Assembly (NCBI GenBank): GCA_037379345.1
Contig: CM074517.1
Span: forward strand, 1,736,001-1,800,000
Direction of reading: 5' to 3'
Source of the DNA: Perna viridis
Lineage: Eukaryota
Length of the DNA: 64,000 nucleotides
Part shown: positions 43,581 through 54,479 of the stretch, piece by piece
How the letters are laid out: the number at the start of each line of letters is the position of its first letter
Position numbering within the stretch: the stretch's first letter is position 1
The notes under the pieces: generated by a model
The model's database searches: none
The model's input: only the letters and a program-made list of their open reading frames with translations
What the model was told of the DNA's origin: nothing
Translations under genes and position numbers: made by a program

Positions 43581-45433
43581 AAACCCTTGTTCTGACTGGT
43601 TATTTTTGTTGGCAAAACAATATTTAATTGAATGGCCTAATTTCCATACTTTTAGACTTATAATTTCAAAAAAATGGGTTCAATCATTTTGCTTATTGAT
43701 GAACAGCAATGTTTCAAATGAAAATTCATTCTTGATATAAGTTGGTATTGGTACACATTAAATCTCCCAAGTTTAAAATACATGTGTCTTTGATACAGTA
43801 CAAGTATAATTTTGCTTTGTGATGGCAGACTTTCTTCAATACAGATATCTGACATGAACAATATAGACCTAATTATACTTAGCACATCTATCATAAGTGA
43901 CTAATGACTTTGTTTGTCTAAAATCTTCTTCAGTTCTGACATGTTCATATCAAAAAAGATTTTAATAGTAAAATACTTAAAACATATTGATTTCAATAAC
44001 AAAAACATATTTCATAAACAACGGAAGAATTAAGACCCCTTTAAAGATCATATACTGTAGATTTTATACTGGTTAACTAGTTCAGTTACTTTTAAAGTTT
44101 AGACCCAACACAAAAACTGCATTAAAATCTCATAAATATGTAAATCCCTACCACATCTGAGAAAACATTAATAGCTTAAAATCTTAAAGAGTGATTCTAA
44201 AAATATGGACAGACTTTACTGAGATAAGTCACATCAGAGGATTAGATTTCCTAAAAACAAACTGAAAAAATCCACTTTAACTACACAAGATTAATCTTTA
44301 CAAATACATGTATATACTGTAATTACAATTACTAATAATTTTTAAAATTCAATTAATACAAGACTTTCAACAGAAAAAACCTACATATGTTTATCATTAA
44401 ATACCAGAGAAGTGAGAAGATGTACTAAGCCTACTTAAGTGTTTCACCATAATAATGACCACTGAGGACTTCTACATGAGTAGTTAAGTTCCAACCAAGT
44501 AGCCTTAATCAGCCTCTTGATTGTGTAATCTTACATCACAAAAAATATCAAATAATAATATAAAAGGGATTACAGAAAATGTTGTATAATAAAAACTGAA
44601 TTCTTAATCCTTGTTTATGTATTCATAAGGATGTTCCCAGGTACACCATGACAGTTGTGGAAAGGGATTAGGCCAAGAGAAATAAAATTGTCAACATTAA
44701 GGCCAAGGGAAATAACTCCTTTTTTTGGATGAATTATGGAATGAGAAATTTATTTGTATATTGTATGTTCATGTATTCATACTGACTGTATTGTAATAAG
44801 CAAACTATATTTAAAGGTAAATGTTATTTTCAACTGTTTTCTAAAACCTGAACCAATTTAGAAAAGAAAATTTGGCAATAAAAAATGCATAGAAAAGATT
44901 TTATTACTCAACTTGTTAAAAGAATAAATAAACTTCGATAATAACAACTTCTCAGTAACTCCTGCCAAAAATACCAATTTCCACATCAAGGCCACAGGCA
45001 GACAGATGCCAATACCCCAAAAAAAGCCTCAAAATTGTACCCCAGAGAAAGTATCAATTAGTTCAAAAAGTCTCAGCTGACACTGAAATAATCCCTCAAA
45101 GATAGGAAAAGCTGAAGTTTTCTCATTATTTTTGTACTGAGAATAACAGAGCAATGAGAATACCAAATTGGTAATTACATTCACATAAGTTAAGAAGATG
45201 TTTCCACTTGATAGGATGTTAAAGAAAATCTGTAGTGTATTAGAAAGAGTGTGAAGGTGAATATTAAGTCAAGATTTTCTTTCATTACAAGAAAATGAGA
45301 GTATGCTATTCATAAATCTCCTTTGTGTCAGAACTATACATAAATTGTTCCTTAGTGTGAAGCCTGGTTGTAAACGTGTGTACAGAAAAAGGCAGAAAAA
45401 TGAAACTAACAGTAAAAATGATCATCTTAGTAG

Positions 45434-45560
45434 TTTTTTTTTTGTGTTGTAGTATATAGGAACTTTCTAATTTCTAATAAAACCTGGTATTTAATTTTTT
45501 TTGTGTTGTAGTATATAGGAACTTTCTAATTTCTAATAAAATCTGGTATTTATTTTTTTT
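45434..45560. repeat. Two-copy ~59-bp tandem duplication
   Basis: ttttgtgttgtagtatataggaactttctaatttctaataaaa.ctggtattt present twice. Confidence 0.85.
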
Positions 45561-48500
45561 CGTGTGGTTGTTTATGTTGTTTGTGAAGTCAAACAATTCT
45601 CTTTTTTCTCCAGCACAATGGAAAGGCTACAATATACTGGTATTCTGACTGAATCAAAGCAGGTTAATTTGCACGTCTATCTGAAAGTCTCACTAAAAAT
45701 GGACATTATAAACTTGTTCTATTAGCAGCAGTAAATTGTGGGCAGGAATACAGAAACAAGAGTAACTAAATATCAACCAATTGCTCAGAGCAGGCAAATT
45801 ACTTCTATCTTAGAAGCTTCAACAAATTAAACTTTGTAGTGTCTAAAACAAAAGCTACCGGTACACTAAAACCATGAACAAAGGAACTGTCCTTAAATGA
45901 GATCTGTACCTCCATACAAGCTGATAAGGCTGGAGATATGTGACAGTTTAGGATAATGTTACTGCCAGAAATAATCTTCAGAAAAAGCAGAAAAATCTTA
46001 GCAACCTCCTACAATTGGTACCAGAATTATGTAACATTGCATTTATCTTATTTAGGTGCAGTCAGTCTAAACTATACACACGAAACAAAGAAACAACATT
46101 ATAGCTAAGCTTGAACACATGATTGCTGGAAGTCTTTTTTCTTGGGGGGAGTGGGAGGGGGGGTGGGGGTTGATGGGGGTTTAATACTAAGCCTTTTGTT
46201 ATAAATCTGTTATGAAACAAGCAGCAACTGTAGCTTAGAACGTTCTGTTAAATATCATAAGTATGTGAATTACATTTTTAAAATTGTTTTATAAAAATCT
46301 ATTCATTCTTTAATTCGCTTCAGAAAAATGAAGAAAAAACTTAAGAAGACTTTTAATTATAGTAACAGTTGAGCTTTACTTTTTCTCCAAGTTTGTTAGC
46401 CTTTTACTCCAATTAAAAGTCTGTCACAGACACAGACATTACCTTTTCACATGAGAATGATTTTATTGAATGGACCATATCTTTCACAGTTAAATTAATG
46501 GGTGTAGGAGGATAGAGCTTTGTCCTTGACCTAAATAGAAAAAAGTTATTGGATGGCCTATATCTCATAATAATAAAGTCAGATGAACCAACATCCGAAA
46601 TACAGATATACATTTCACTACCAAAACCCAAATACATAAATACATTTAGGATCCTAAACATTTTCTAATGAAGTCGATTTCTAAACAGAATGTGTGTTCC
46701 TGACAAATGAAAACTAATTCAAACCACTTGACTTATTATTGTTTGTATTGTTATTAAAGGCAACACCCTCCAATGAAAATCTTGAGGCAATATGTCCTGC
46801 CAGAAATCCTCAGATATCAAACCATCACCTAATTTATCCACAATTAATTTACATTAATATTTTAGGATATTGAAAAGTTGAAAGTTCCCATGAGTGTGAT
46901 TAAAATGGTCTCCAAGCCATTATCAGGTGTTTACTTTCCCCGGGGTTATATTTCACTTGATCAGGACAAGAAACAGAATATTTGTTAAAATAGTATTGAG
47001 AAGAGATTTGTAGAAGTCAATTTTTAAGATATATTGACAGCTTAACTACTCCAAAAATGACAACCTCATAACATATCATAAACTCTACATCTACTACAAC
47101 ATGTAGGTTAAAAGGGCATGGATCTACATGTATGTCAGCACCACAAGAGTGACACTGTAAGTTTATATGTTTGGGATAAAGTTTCAAGTGACACTAAAGA
47201 AGTAAAATAATTAAGAGAAATCCCCACTACATGTACTTCCTTTCTGACTACTTCAACTAGCCAATAATAATGTGGTAAGAATATACTGCACTCACAGCAG
47301 TAAAAAGAAAAGAATCAGCCATACTTGTTTTAAGTATCCACCACTCAAACATCATCTGGTACTACTAACATGTCAATGTACAATATACCATCTGTACCAA
47401 CAATCATGTAAAAGTGAATAATACATGTATATGTACTTTCAGACATGTTTAGGTTTTGTAGCACCTTGTTACATTGGATAGAACCCTGGTATATAAAGAC
47501 TGTAGTGACATCCCTTAACTTTAGTGATAAAGGTACAATTATGACCCAAGACATATTACGAGATTGAGGAATATACACAAACCTAGGTCTTGAACTACAT
47601 ACAAGACTTGTTAAGTACAAATCTTACATGTTACTTTCCTTTGCCTTAATACCCCAAGCTGGGTGACAGGACATGGGAAACCAGAGCTCTGCCAGCTAGT
47701 ACTGCTTCACTTGGTAGTATTATATAAAATAAAAGATTTACTCATGAACCTAAACTCAGAAAAGGTGGAAGAAAATATATGCCAGTACAGGTTACATGTA
47801 CATAATTAACCTACCATTTCTTAACACAAAAGGATATCTTTTTATAGTAAAATGAATGAAAAACAGATATAAAGTTGACATAAAGCTTTGACAACCGAAC
47901 ACCATCAATCAAAACATTGTCTTCATAACATCTGAACACTTTTAAGCTATACATCAAAGTCTGGGTCAAAATTGGACTTGCTTCTCAGTTTTTCTTGTTT
48001 TCATAAAACAGTATTTTAACACTAAAAGTATGTTATTTCAAAACACTGCAGGAGATATACCACCCAATAATGGCCATGGGGGTTTGTACTTTATTGAAGG
48101 TTCTTTATCATATCTCTTTTGCTATCATCTGTGATTTTAATGCTGATTTGATGACACTAAGAAATTCATCCGAGTTCAAATTTTCACAAGGATGTTTCAG
48201 AAAAAAAATGCTTCCAATAATGAGCATTAGAAATATAAAAAAAAGTCTGATAGCCATTCAGTTAATACCTGAAGATTTGGCATTAATTAGAAACTTTCAA
48301 TACACCTAAATGTTTAAAGTACCAGTAGTACATTGGGTACTACATGTAGTTTATTATGGTATATTGACCATGGCATGGTATTACAATCTTTTATAACTCA
48401 TTTAAAGAAGGATTATAATATGATTAGTCATATTTGAGATATTCTTTCCTTTTATAGTGGATCTACTATAGTCATGACCTAAGACACAATGTCAATGTTT

Positions 48501-50975
48501 GTTTGACATGAAACTTATCTCAAGGCCGAAGACATTTGGTAAAATTAGCTAAACCCTTATTTTATGTTGTCAACTGGTTCTTGTTATCAATATGAAAATA
48601 TATTATTTCTCTAATTTGAAATTATTTTGCTTAAACTATAAATAAAGGTTTAAGAGAAATAAAATATATTCATTAGAATGTTTTGCAACCCAATTCAATA
48701 CTTTTAGCAACAAAAAATATGTATAAAAATCAATTGAATTTAAAATAATTATAGTTTGCAAAATGCATACATTAAAGGGAGATAACTATGTAAATTCAAC
48801 ACATTTAAGATATCCATCAATATTTAAATAAAATTAGGAGATTGATAACATTTCAATAAAGGTATTGTATATCCGTAGAGATACATTTGATATTTAAATC
48901 ACAGATATGAATCTTGATTTTTCACCACCTCCTTGCATTCAGGTGCAGTAAGGCAGTAAACAAACTCACACAAGGTGAAAATGTGTCCCTTCAAGCATGA
49001 AATGATACTGATCTGTTAAATATCTATTGATTTATATACCCAAGATGATTAAACAGATTTATATATTATATAATAATAACTTTTAATGAGGTGAATTTAA
49101 ATACAAAGTATAGGCTTTTGATAATGATTCTAAATAGACTTGGATAAAATTTTAATGAAGATTAAAATCTATATAAATACTGAATAATGGACTGATTTTT
49201 TTAAAAAGAAGATTTATGCAAATATCATAACAGGACATCACTCGTCGGAACGAGAAATTCTTGTATAAATTCAAACTTAGTCAAATCCTTCATGAATAAT
49301 CATAAGAACTAAGTCATTCTCATTACAACTTCCAAAATACTGAATAGAATTATCCAAAAGGAGTCAAGCATTTCTAATCTTAGGTACAGAAAGATTTTTA
49401 TTTTAATCCTTACTTTAAAGGATATTGAATTTACAACACCATTTAGATTTACACCAATGAGTATTCAAATCATATGAGGATTGAGTTTTTTCTCTCCATT
49501 ACATAACATGATCAACAGCTTGCTTTTGATCCATTGTCATGGTGAAATAGTATAATTGTGATGTTTAAGATACATGAAGTGTGAAACAGCTACATCACTT
49601 AAATTTACTTCAATATTTTTAAAGAGAAAAACAAATGTTAGAAATACATGGTTTTATTGTTTATACTATCACCCACATGTTACATATACATGTACATATA
49701 TATTCATATTTCATGATGTTTGCCATAAAATTAACATCATCTGTCTAAACTTAATACCTACATGTATGTATAGAATTGAGATAAATAATGAGCTGACATC
49801 GCTTTTAATCACTTTTAACCATAATTGTATTATTTACACTAAAGCACTGTATCTCAATTCAATATCCTTACTTAAAAGTACTCCAACATCATTGCTATCA
49901 TGATTTTACTTGCTTGTAAGGATATTTCCAAATTTTAACATGATAGCAACCAAGTTGAAGCCATACATTAAAGCAGTCTGGAAAAAAATAAAATTGACAA
50001 TTCCATTTGGCATTAGTTCAGAGCAATTAAAATGATTGAACTTTATGCTATGCATTAAATCATACCAAAGATATTCCAGCACAAACACTACCATAAAACA
50101 GGAGAAAAATGCTCCAAATCTGATGACTGATTACTCTCTTTGTTCTACCTAATCAAAGCTGACATTGTAATCATCTATGTTGACATATATTTCTTTAGCA
50201 GGTAATTATGTAGGTATGATAAATGTTCTTTTCTAGGTGCTAAACTTTGTGTAATCTTCAGTATTTATGTACAATTGTGTATTGGAGTTGGGTTATTGTT
50301 ACATTGTTGCTATTTGTGTTTTGACATTTACAATGTATTTGTTTGTAACTTTCTTCCAACATCTAATTATGTCACTATCAAAGAAAATTGTTTTCTTTTT
50401 TTTAAGCAACTTTTTTTTAAAGCACTGAGACCTGCATCAGTAATTTATGCATTTAATATTCAATTTTTTTTTAATCAGAACACTCTTAGAATAATCCATC
50501 TAAACTAATATCTAAGAAAACAATTTTCAATGCACAATGTCAAGAACCTTCTTAGCTAGCCTGATTGAGAATATTTTACATGTATTGTTTAAATTCACAA
50601 ATTTTAGACAACAACAAATCACAGGCCAAGTAACTTGTTATTCAGATTAACTCCATTCACTCTCCATAAAAGATGTATGACTGTTCAGGGGATTTATTTT
50701 TCACAATAATCACCAACTGAGATACCCAAGGACTGCATTAAATCTTCACAAGTTTGTTGCTTACACACAACACAAGTTTTTACTTTTAATAATACTGAAT
50801 AACAAAATAAGTACTCCACCTTTTGATGCAAATTTATTCCAACATTCAATATTGCAATTTTAACAATAAGATTCCAGAAATTCATTGTCATAGATAAGTG
50901 TCACTAAATATACATATTTTCTCCTCCTCTCCTGTGTTTTGAATCTCCGTTTATTGAAATCCAACATGTACGTAC

Positions 50976-51161
50976 ACTGCTCTACGGAAAAAAGCTCGGG
51001 GTTAGTAAGGTAAGGATGTAAGGATGTTTCCATGCTGAAGTCTTCATAGATATCTTCATGATGGTCGCGCACGATAAGGGTGGGATTAGGATTAAGACAG
51101 GTGAACAAAAATTAAGTTTGGGATCTGGGTAGGAAATGCGTATGTCGGATACAGATATTTT
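50976..51161 (-). other. Candidate exon 2 of the minus-strand gene, possible start METSLHPYLTNPELFSVEQ (ATG 51033)
   Basis: Polypyrimidine acceptor ctcttttcctccgatattttcccgtag| at 51162 and donor AGT|GTACGT at 50975. Overlaps ORF 50860-51108. Protein not recognised. Confidence 0.35.
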
Positions 51162-51434
51162 CTACGGGAAAATATCGGAGGAAAAGAGAATTGATTTTCC
51201 ATTTACCGTGATTTTAATTAGAATAAAAGGTGTATACAGTACACACATGCATGGTAAACAGTTTCATGAAAAAAGCAACGTGTATATCTTAGCGATCTAA
51301 ATACACCACTACTGCACGTGCGTTCATGGCAACGTGCGCGCATGATGAAAAATATATGAATGGAAAAATAAAAAGAAAAACATGTTAACAAAGTGAAAGG
51401 TAAAAAGCTAAAAGGAAAAGTGATGTAAACATAC

Positions 51435-51600
51435 CTTTGGATAAACTAGCAAGGGATAGGCAGGTTTGGTTGACAGTAAATATAACACACAAGAATACAC
51501 AGCCAGGGAAAGATGCAATTAGATGAGCAGTGCGGGAATATAATAATCATGTGTAGAGAGCCGATTTACGCTTACCGATAACTCCGCTCGATCAAAACAT
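51435..51600 (-). other. Candidate first (5'UTR) exon of a divergent minus-strand transcript; 5' end approximate
   Basis: Minus-strand donor AAG|GTATGT at 51434 inside the CpG island. No ATG-initiated frame reaches the donor. Confidence 0.45.
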
Positions 51601-51888
51601 TGTGTTTTTGTAATTGCGATGATTTACAGTGTTATTCAAAACCGAAATAAATAATATAAAAGCAAATAAAAATATTGTTCTGCAGGAATTTAAGCATTTA
51701 TATTCATTTTACATAATTCATTTAAACATGCGGACGAATATTTTACACTTTGACGTTTTAAGGTCATGACCGACAGGGGCCTGTCACATGATCAAGCAAA
51801 TGGCAGCCCCCATGTTACAAAATATTTACATTTGATGGTGTATTTATTTTACGTGCGCGTAAGGATTTTAAGTCTCTAAGTGTATGCA

Positions 51889-51952
51889 ATGTCACATTCA
51901 GATACTAAAAATACCTTGTATGAAAGAGACATTGAATTTCCTCAACTGAAAG
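51889..51952 (+). CDS. MOCOS: Molybdenum cofactor sulfurase, coding exon 1 (MSHSDTKNTLYERDIEFPQLK-)
   Basis: ATG at 51889 with an in-frame TAA just upstream (51877-51879). Donor AAG|gtact, phase 1. G+AT joins exon 2 to give EFPQLK-D-SVYVDHSGATLY, matching the MOCOS N-terminal pattern EF.RL...YLDHAGATL. Lies at the edge of the CpG island. Confidence 0.85.
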
Positions 51953-51989
51953 GTACTATTTTTTTTCTTAAGCACATATCACATCTTAT

Positions 51990-52735
51990 ATAGGGATGTT
52001 CGTCAGGACCTTTCGACAAATATGGCATAAATCACAACACATTTCCATCTGACTACACACAAACATGTGTATCTATAAAAATTTTAAGGCACAGCATCCC
52101 CTAGATATGAAAAATTTGGGAACACATATGTAATTGAAAAAAAATCACTTGTTAATATGACATACATGTATAATAATATTCCCCCAAATAACAAATGGAT
52201 CTCAACAATCCGGAAATGGATGAAAGGATTGGGATTTAGCTTCCTCATATTAAATACCCATGATATCAAAGAAATATATCAAATATTAAACAAAGAATAT
52301 GATCAAGCTATTCAAAATCAATATAGCTGCTTAAGATAAACTCTGATTTTATAAAAGTTTATACAAATCAAATGGTAGACTTGCTTACATCAATGTAGCA
52401 AATTTAAACCTTTTTTAACAGATCCACTATTTGTAAATTTAGGATTAGTGCTCACTCTCTTGCAATTGAGAGGGGATGCTACCAAAATATCCCCAAAAGT
52501 AACCATATTTGCACTTCACAAATTGAAGATGAAGTGCATTTTTTTCATACACTGTCCACCTATAAAGTACCCAGACAAGTTCTCATCAACAAGATCAAAT
52601 ACAAAGACAAAAGTTTCTTTTCAATAACATAAAATAATATATCTTTAATATTAAACAGTAGCTGTTTGATTATTCTAAAAGCCATAATTGAACATATATT
52701 TAAATGTTTAGCCTTGTCAATTAAATAAAGTATTA
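51990..52735 (+). mobile_element. Decayed 3' fragment of a non-LTR retrotransposon (LINE, CR1/L2/RTE-X-like ORF2 C-terminus) in MOCOS intron 1
   Basis: Translates across frameshifts as ...WISTIRKWMKGLGFSFL...CKFRISAHSLAIERGCYQNIPKSNHICT.QIEDEVHF..HCP, the Cys/His C-terminal motif of LINE ORF2. AATAAA near 52725. Confidence 0.8.
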
Positions 52736-53067
52736 GTTTAAGGCACCTCCACTTCAGATTTTCAATATGGTTATTGAACTGTTATTTTTTGTATATTTAG
52801 ATTTGTGTATTGTGACATGACCATTTATTGTAAATGTGTTTGAATGAATAAATACTTGTATTTGTATTTGTAAAATGGTATCAAAAACTGACTTGACTTT
52901 AGCTGTTTTAATTTGATCAATTCTGCAGACATCACCTGGATGACTCTGTGTATTCTTGATTTTGGGATAAGGGGTGTACATTTGTCTGTAAATGTTGATC
53001 TAGATGGCATTCAGGATTGAATCATGAACTTGTTAAGGATCAAGTTGAGTTTAGTGCTTCATTAGAG

Positions 53068-53322
53068 TTTCAGATTCAGTGGCAGTTCCATGATTATGAG
53101 TCACCTTGTTAGGGTATAATGTTTCAGACTCAGTGGCAGATCCATGTTAATGAGTCATCTTGTTAGGGTATAATGTTTCAGACTCAGTGGCAGATCCATG
53201 TTAATGAGTCACCCTGTTAGAGTATAATGTTTCAGACTCAGTGGCAAATCCATGTTAATGAGTCACCTTTTTAGAGCATAATGTTTCAGACTCAGTGGCA
53301 GATACGTGTTAATGAGTCATCT
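53068..53322. repeat. 54-bp minisatellite, ~4.7 copies, each carrying TGAGTCA
   Basis: Unit tttcagactcagtggcagatccatgttaatgagtcaccttgttagggtataatg. Confidence 0.92.
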
Positions 53323-53958
53323 ATAATATTACCTTGTGAAAGCAAGATTTGTTTAACTACATTTCTTTCATTTTTTGCATTTTTCATTTTTGCTAAGGAT
53401 TAACTGATGTCATATTATATGGTTTCCATCACACCAAGACCACTCAGTGTCTTAAATTTTTTCTTCCAAATTTGTGTATTTGTAATAATTTGATTTTTTT
53501 TAGAGGGGTTTCTTTGTCATTTTCCCAGAATTGCTTTATATGCTGGCAGTGTGCACAGACCATGTGTAACAATTAGTGGTTTAATGACAAAACACCTGTA
53601 ATCAATCATCCAATCAAAATAAGAAAATGTAAAGGAAATAATTTTAGGAAGGTAGATATATGAGGCCATCATTAGATGTTCCCTAAGGGACCCATACTTA
53701 GGAAGAAGAATTCATATTTATATATGGTTCGGAATGTAATAGTTCTTTAGAAGCAAGGATTTCTAACAGATTGTTGAATGAGAAACCTGGCAGTTCCTAT
53801 TATATGGATGGCACATGGTAAAATTTATCCAAATGAAGTAATGTTTATATCATATTTATGTCCAAAAGTACTAATATTTTTTTAAATTGTCAATGAATGC
53901 TCAAAAGATTTTGTTAAAGTTCCCCAAGAAATCAACCAAATTTTGCACCATATGAAAG

Positions 53959-54479
53959 TTTGTTTGTTTGTTTGTTGGGGTTTAACGCCTGAGCAGCAAT
54001 ATTTCAGCTATATTCAGGTGATGAACATGAAGTGGATGATAAAATGAACATGAAATGATGATGAAATGAAAAATGGGATGGGACACAAGGATAATAGGGT
54101 CGACAAATTTTGATTGCCACTGGAAATAGGGAGAGGTGGGTAAGGTCGGGCAATTTAGCCTCCTGTGGTGGAGCCCTATGGTTCCTACTCCGGGAGAATA
54201 CCACAGTCAGGTTTTTTAACGTTTGAGGAACATGGCATCTTTTCCAACATGGTGCAATGCTATGGTTTGCAGTCAGGTTTTCCGTATTATAGCCTGACAA
54301 CCCCAGCATGTAACACACTAGGGGTACCCCATTCCACCACCAGGGGCACACAACCCAGTTGTTCTGTGGGCAGAGCGCCCTAGCCTCCGGCTAAGGTTCT
54401 GAGCACTATTTAGTTGCCTTTTACGACAAGCTTAGCACTGCTGCAGGCCTATTTTTTTTACATCGGACCTGCACGGGGC
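53959..54479 (-). mobile_element. Full-length SINE-like retroposon with (AAAC)n tail, 11-bp TSD and a non-tRNA structured 5' head
   Basis: TSD ccatatgaaag (53948-53958) and ccaaatgaaag (54480-54490). Minus-strand 3' end gctgaaatattgctg...ggcgttaaac(ccc)(aaac)n. Central acgttaaaaaacc resembles the Deu/Nin SINE domain motif. GC-rich. Confidence 0.8.

Larger units (their letters stand above)
50950..51890. promoter_or_regulatory. CpG-rich, probably bidirectional promoter between MOCOS (+) and an unidentified minus-strand gene
   Basis: Marked local CpG excess against a CpG-depleted background. YY1-like AAATGGCAGCC at ~51798, E-box-like GTCACATGAT at ~51783, several ACGTG cores. A strong minus-strand donor at 51434 points away from MOCOS. 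Confidence 0.65.

Noticed and set aside
54004-54383. 115-aa and 72-aa ORFs
   Set aside because: Chance ORFs within the GC-rich SINE-like element.
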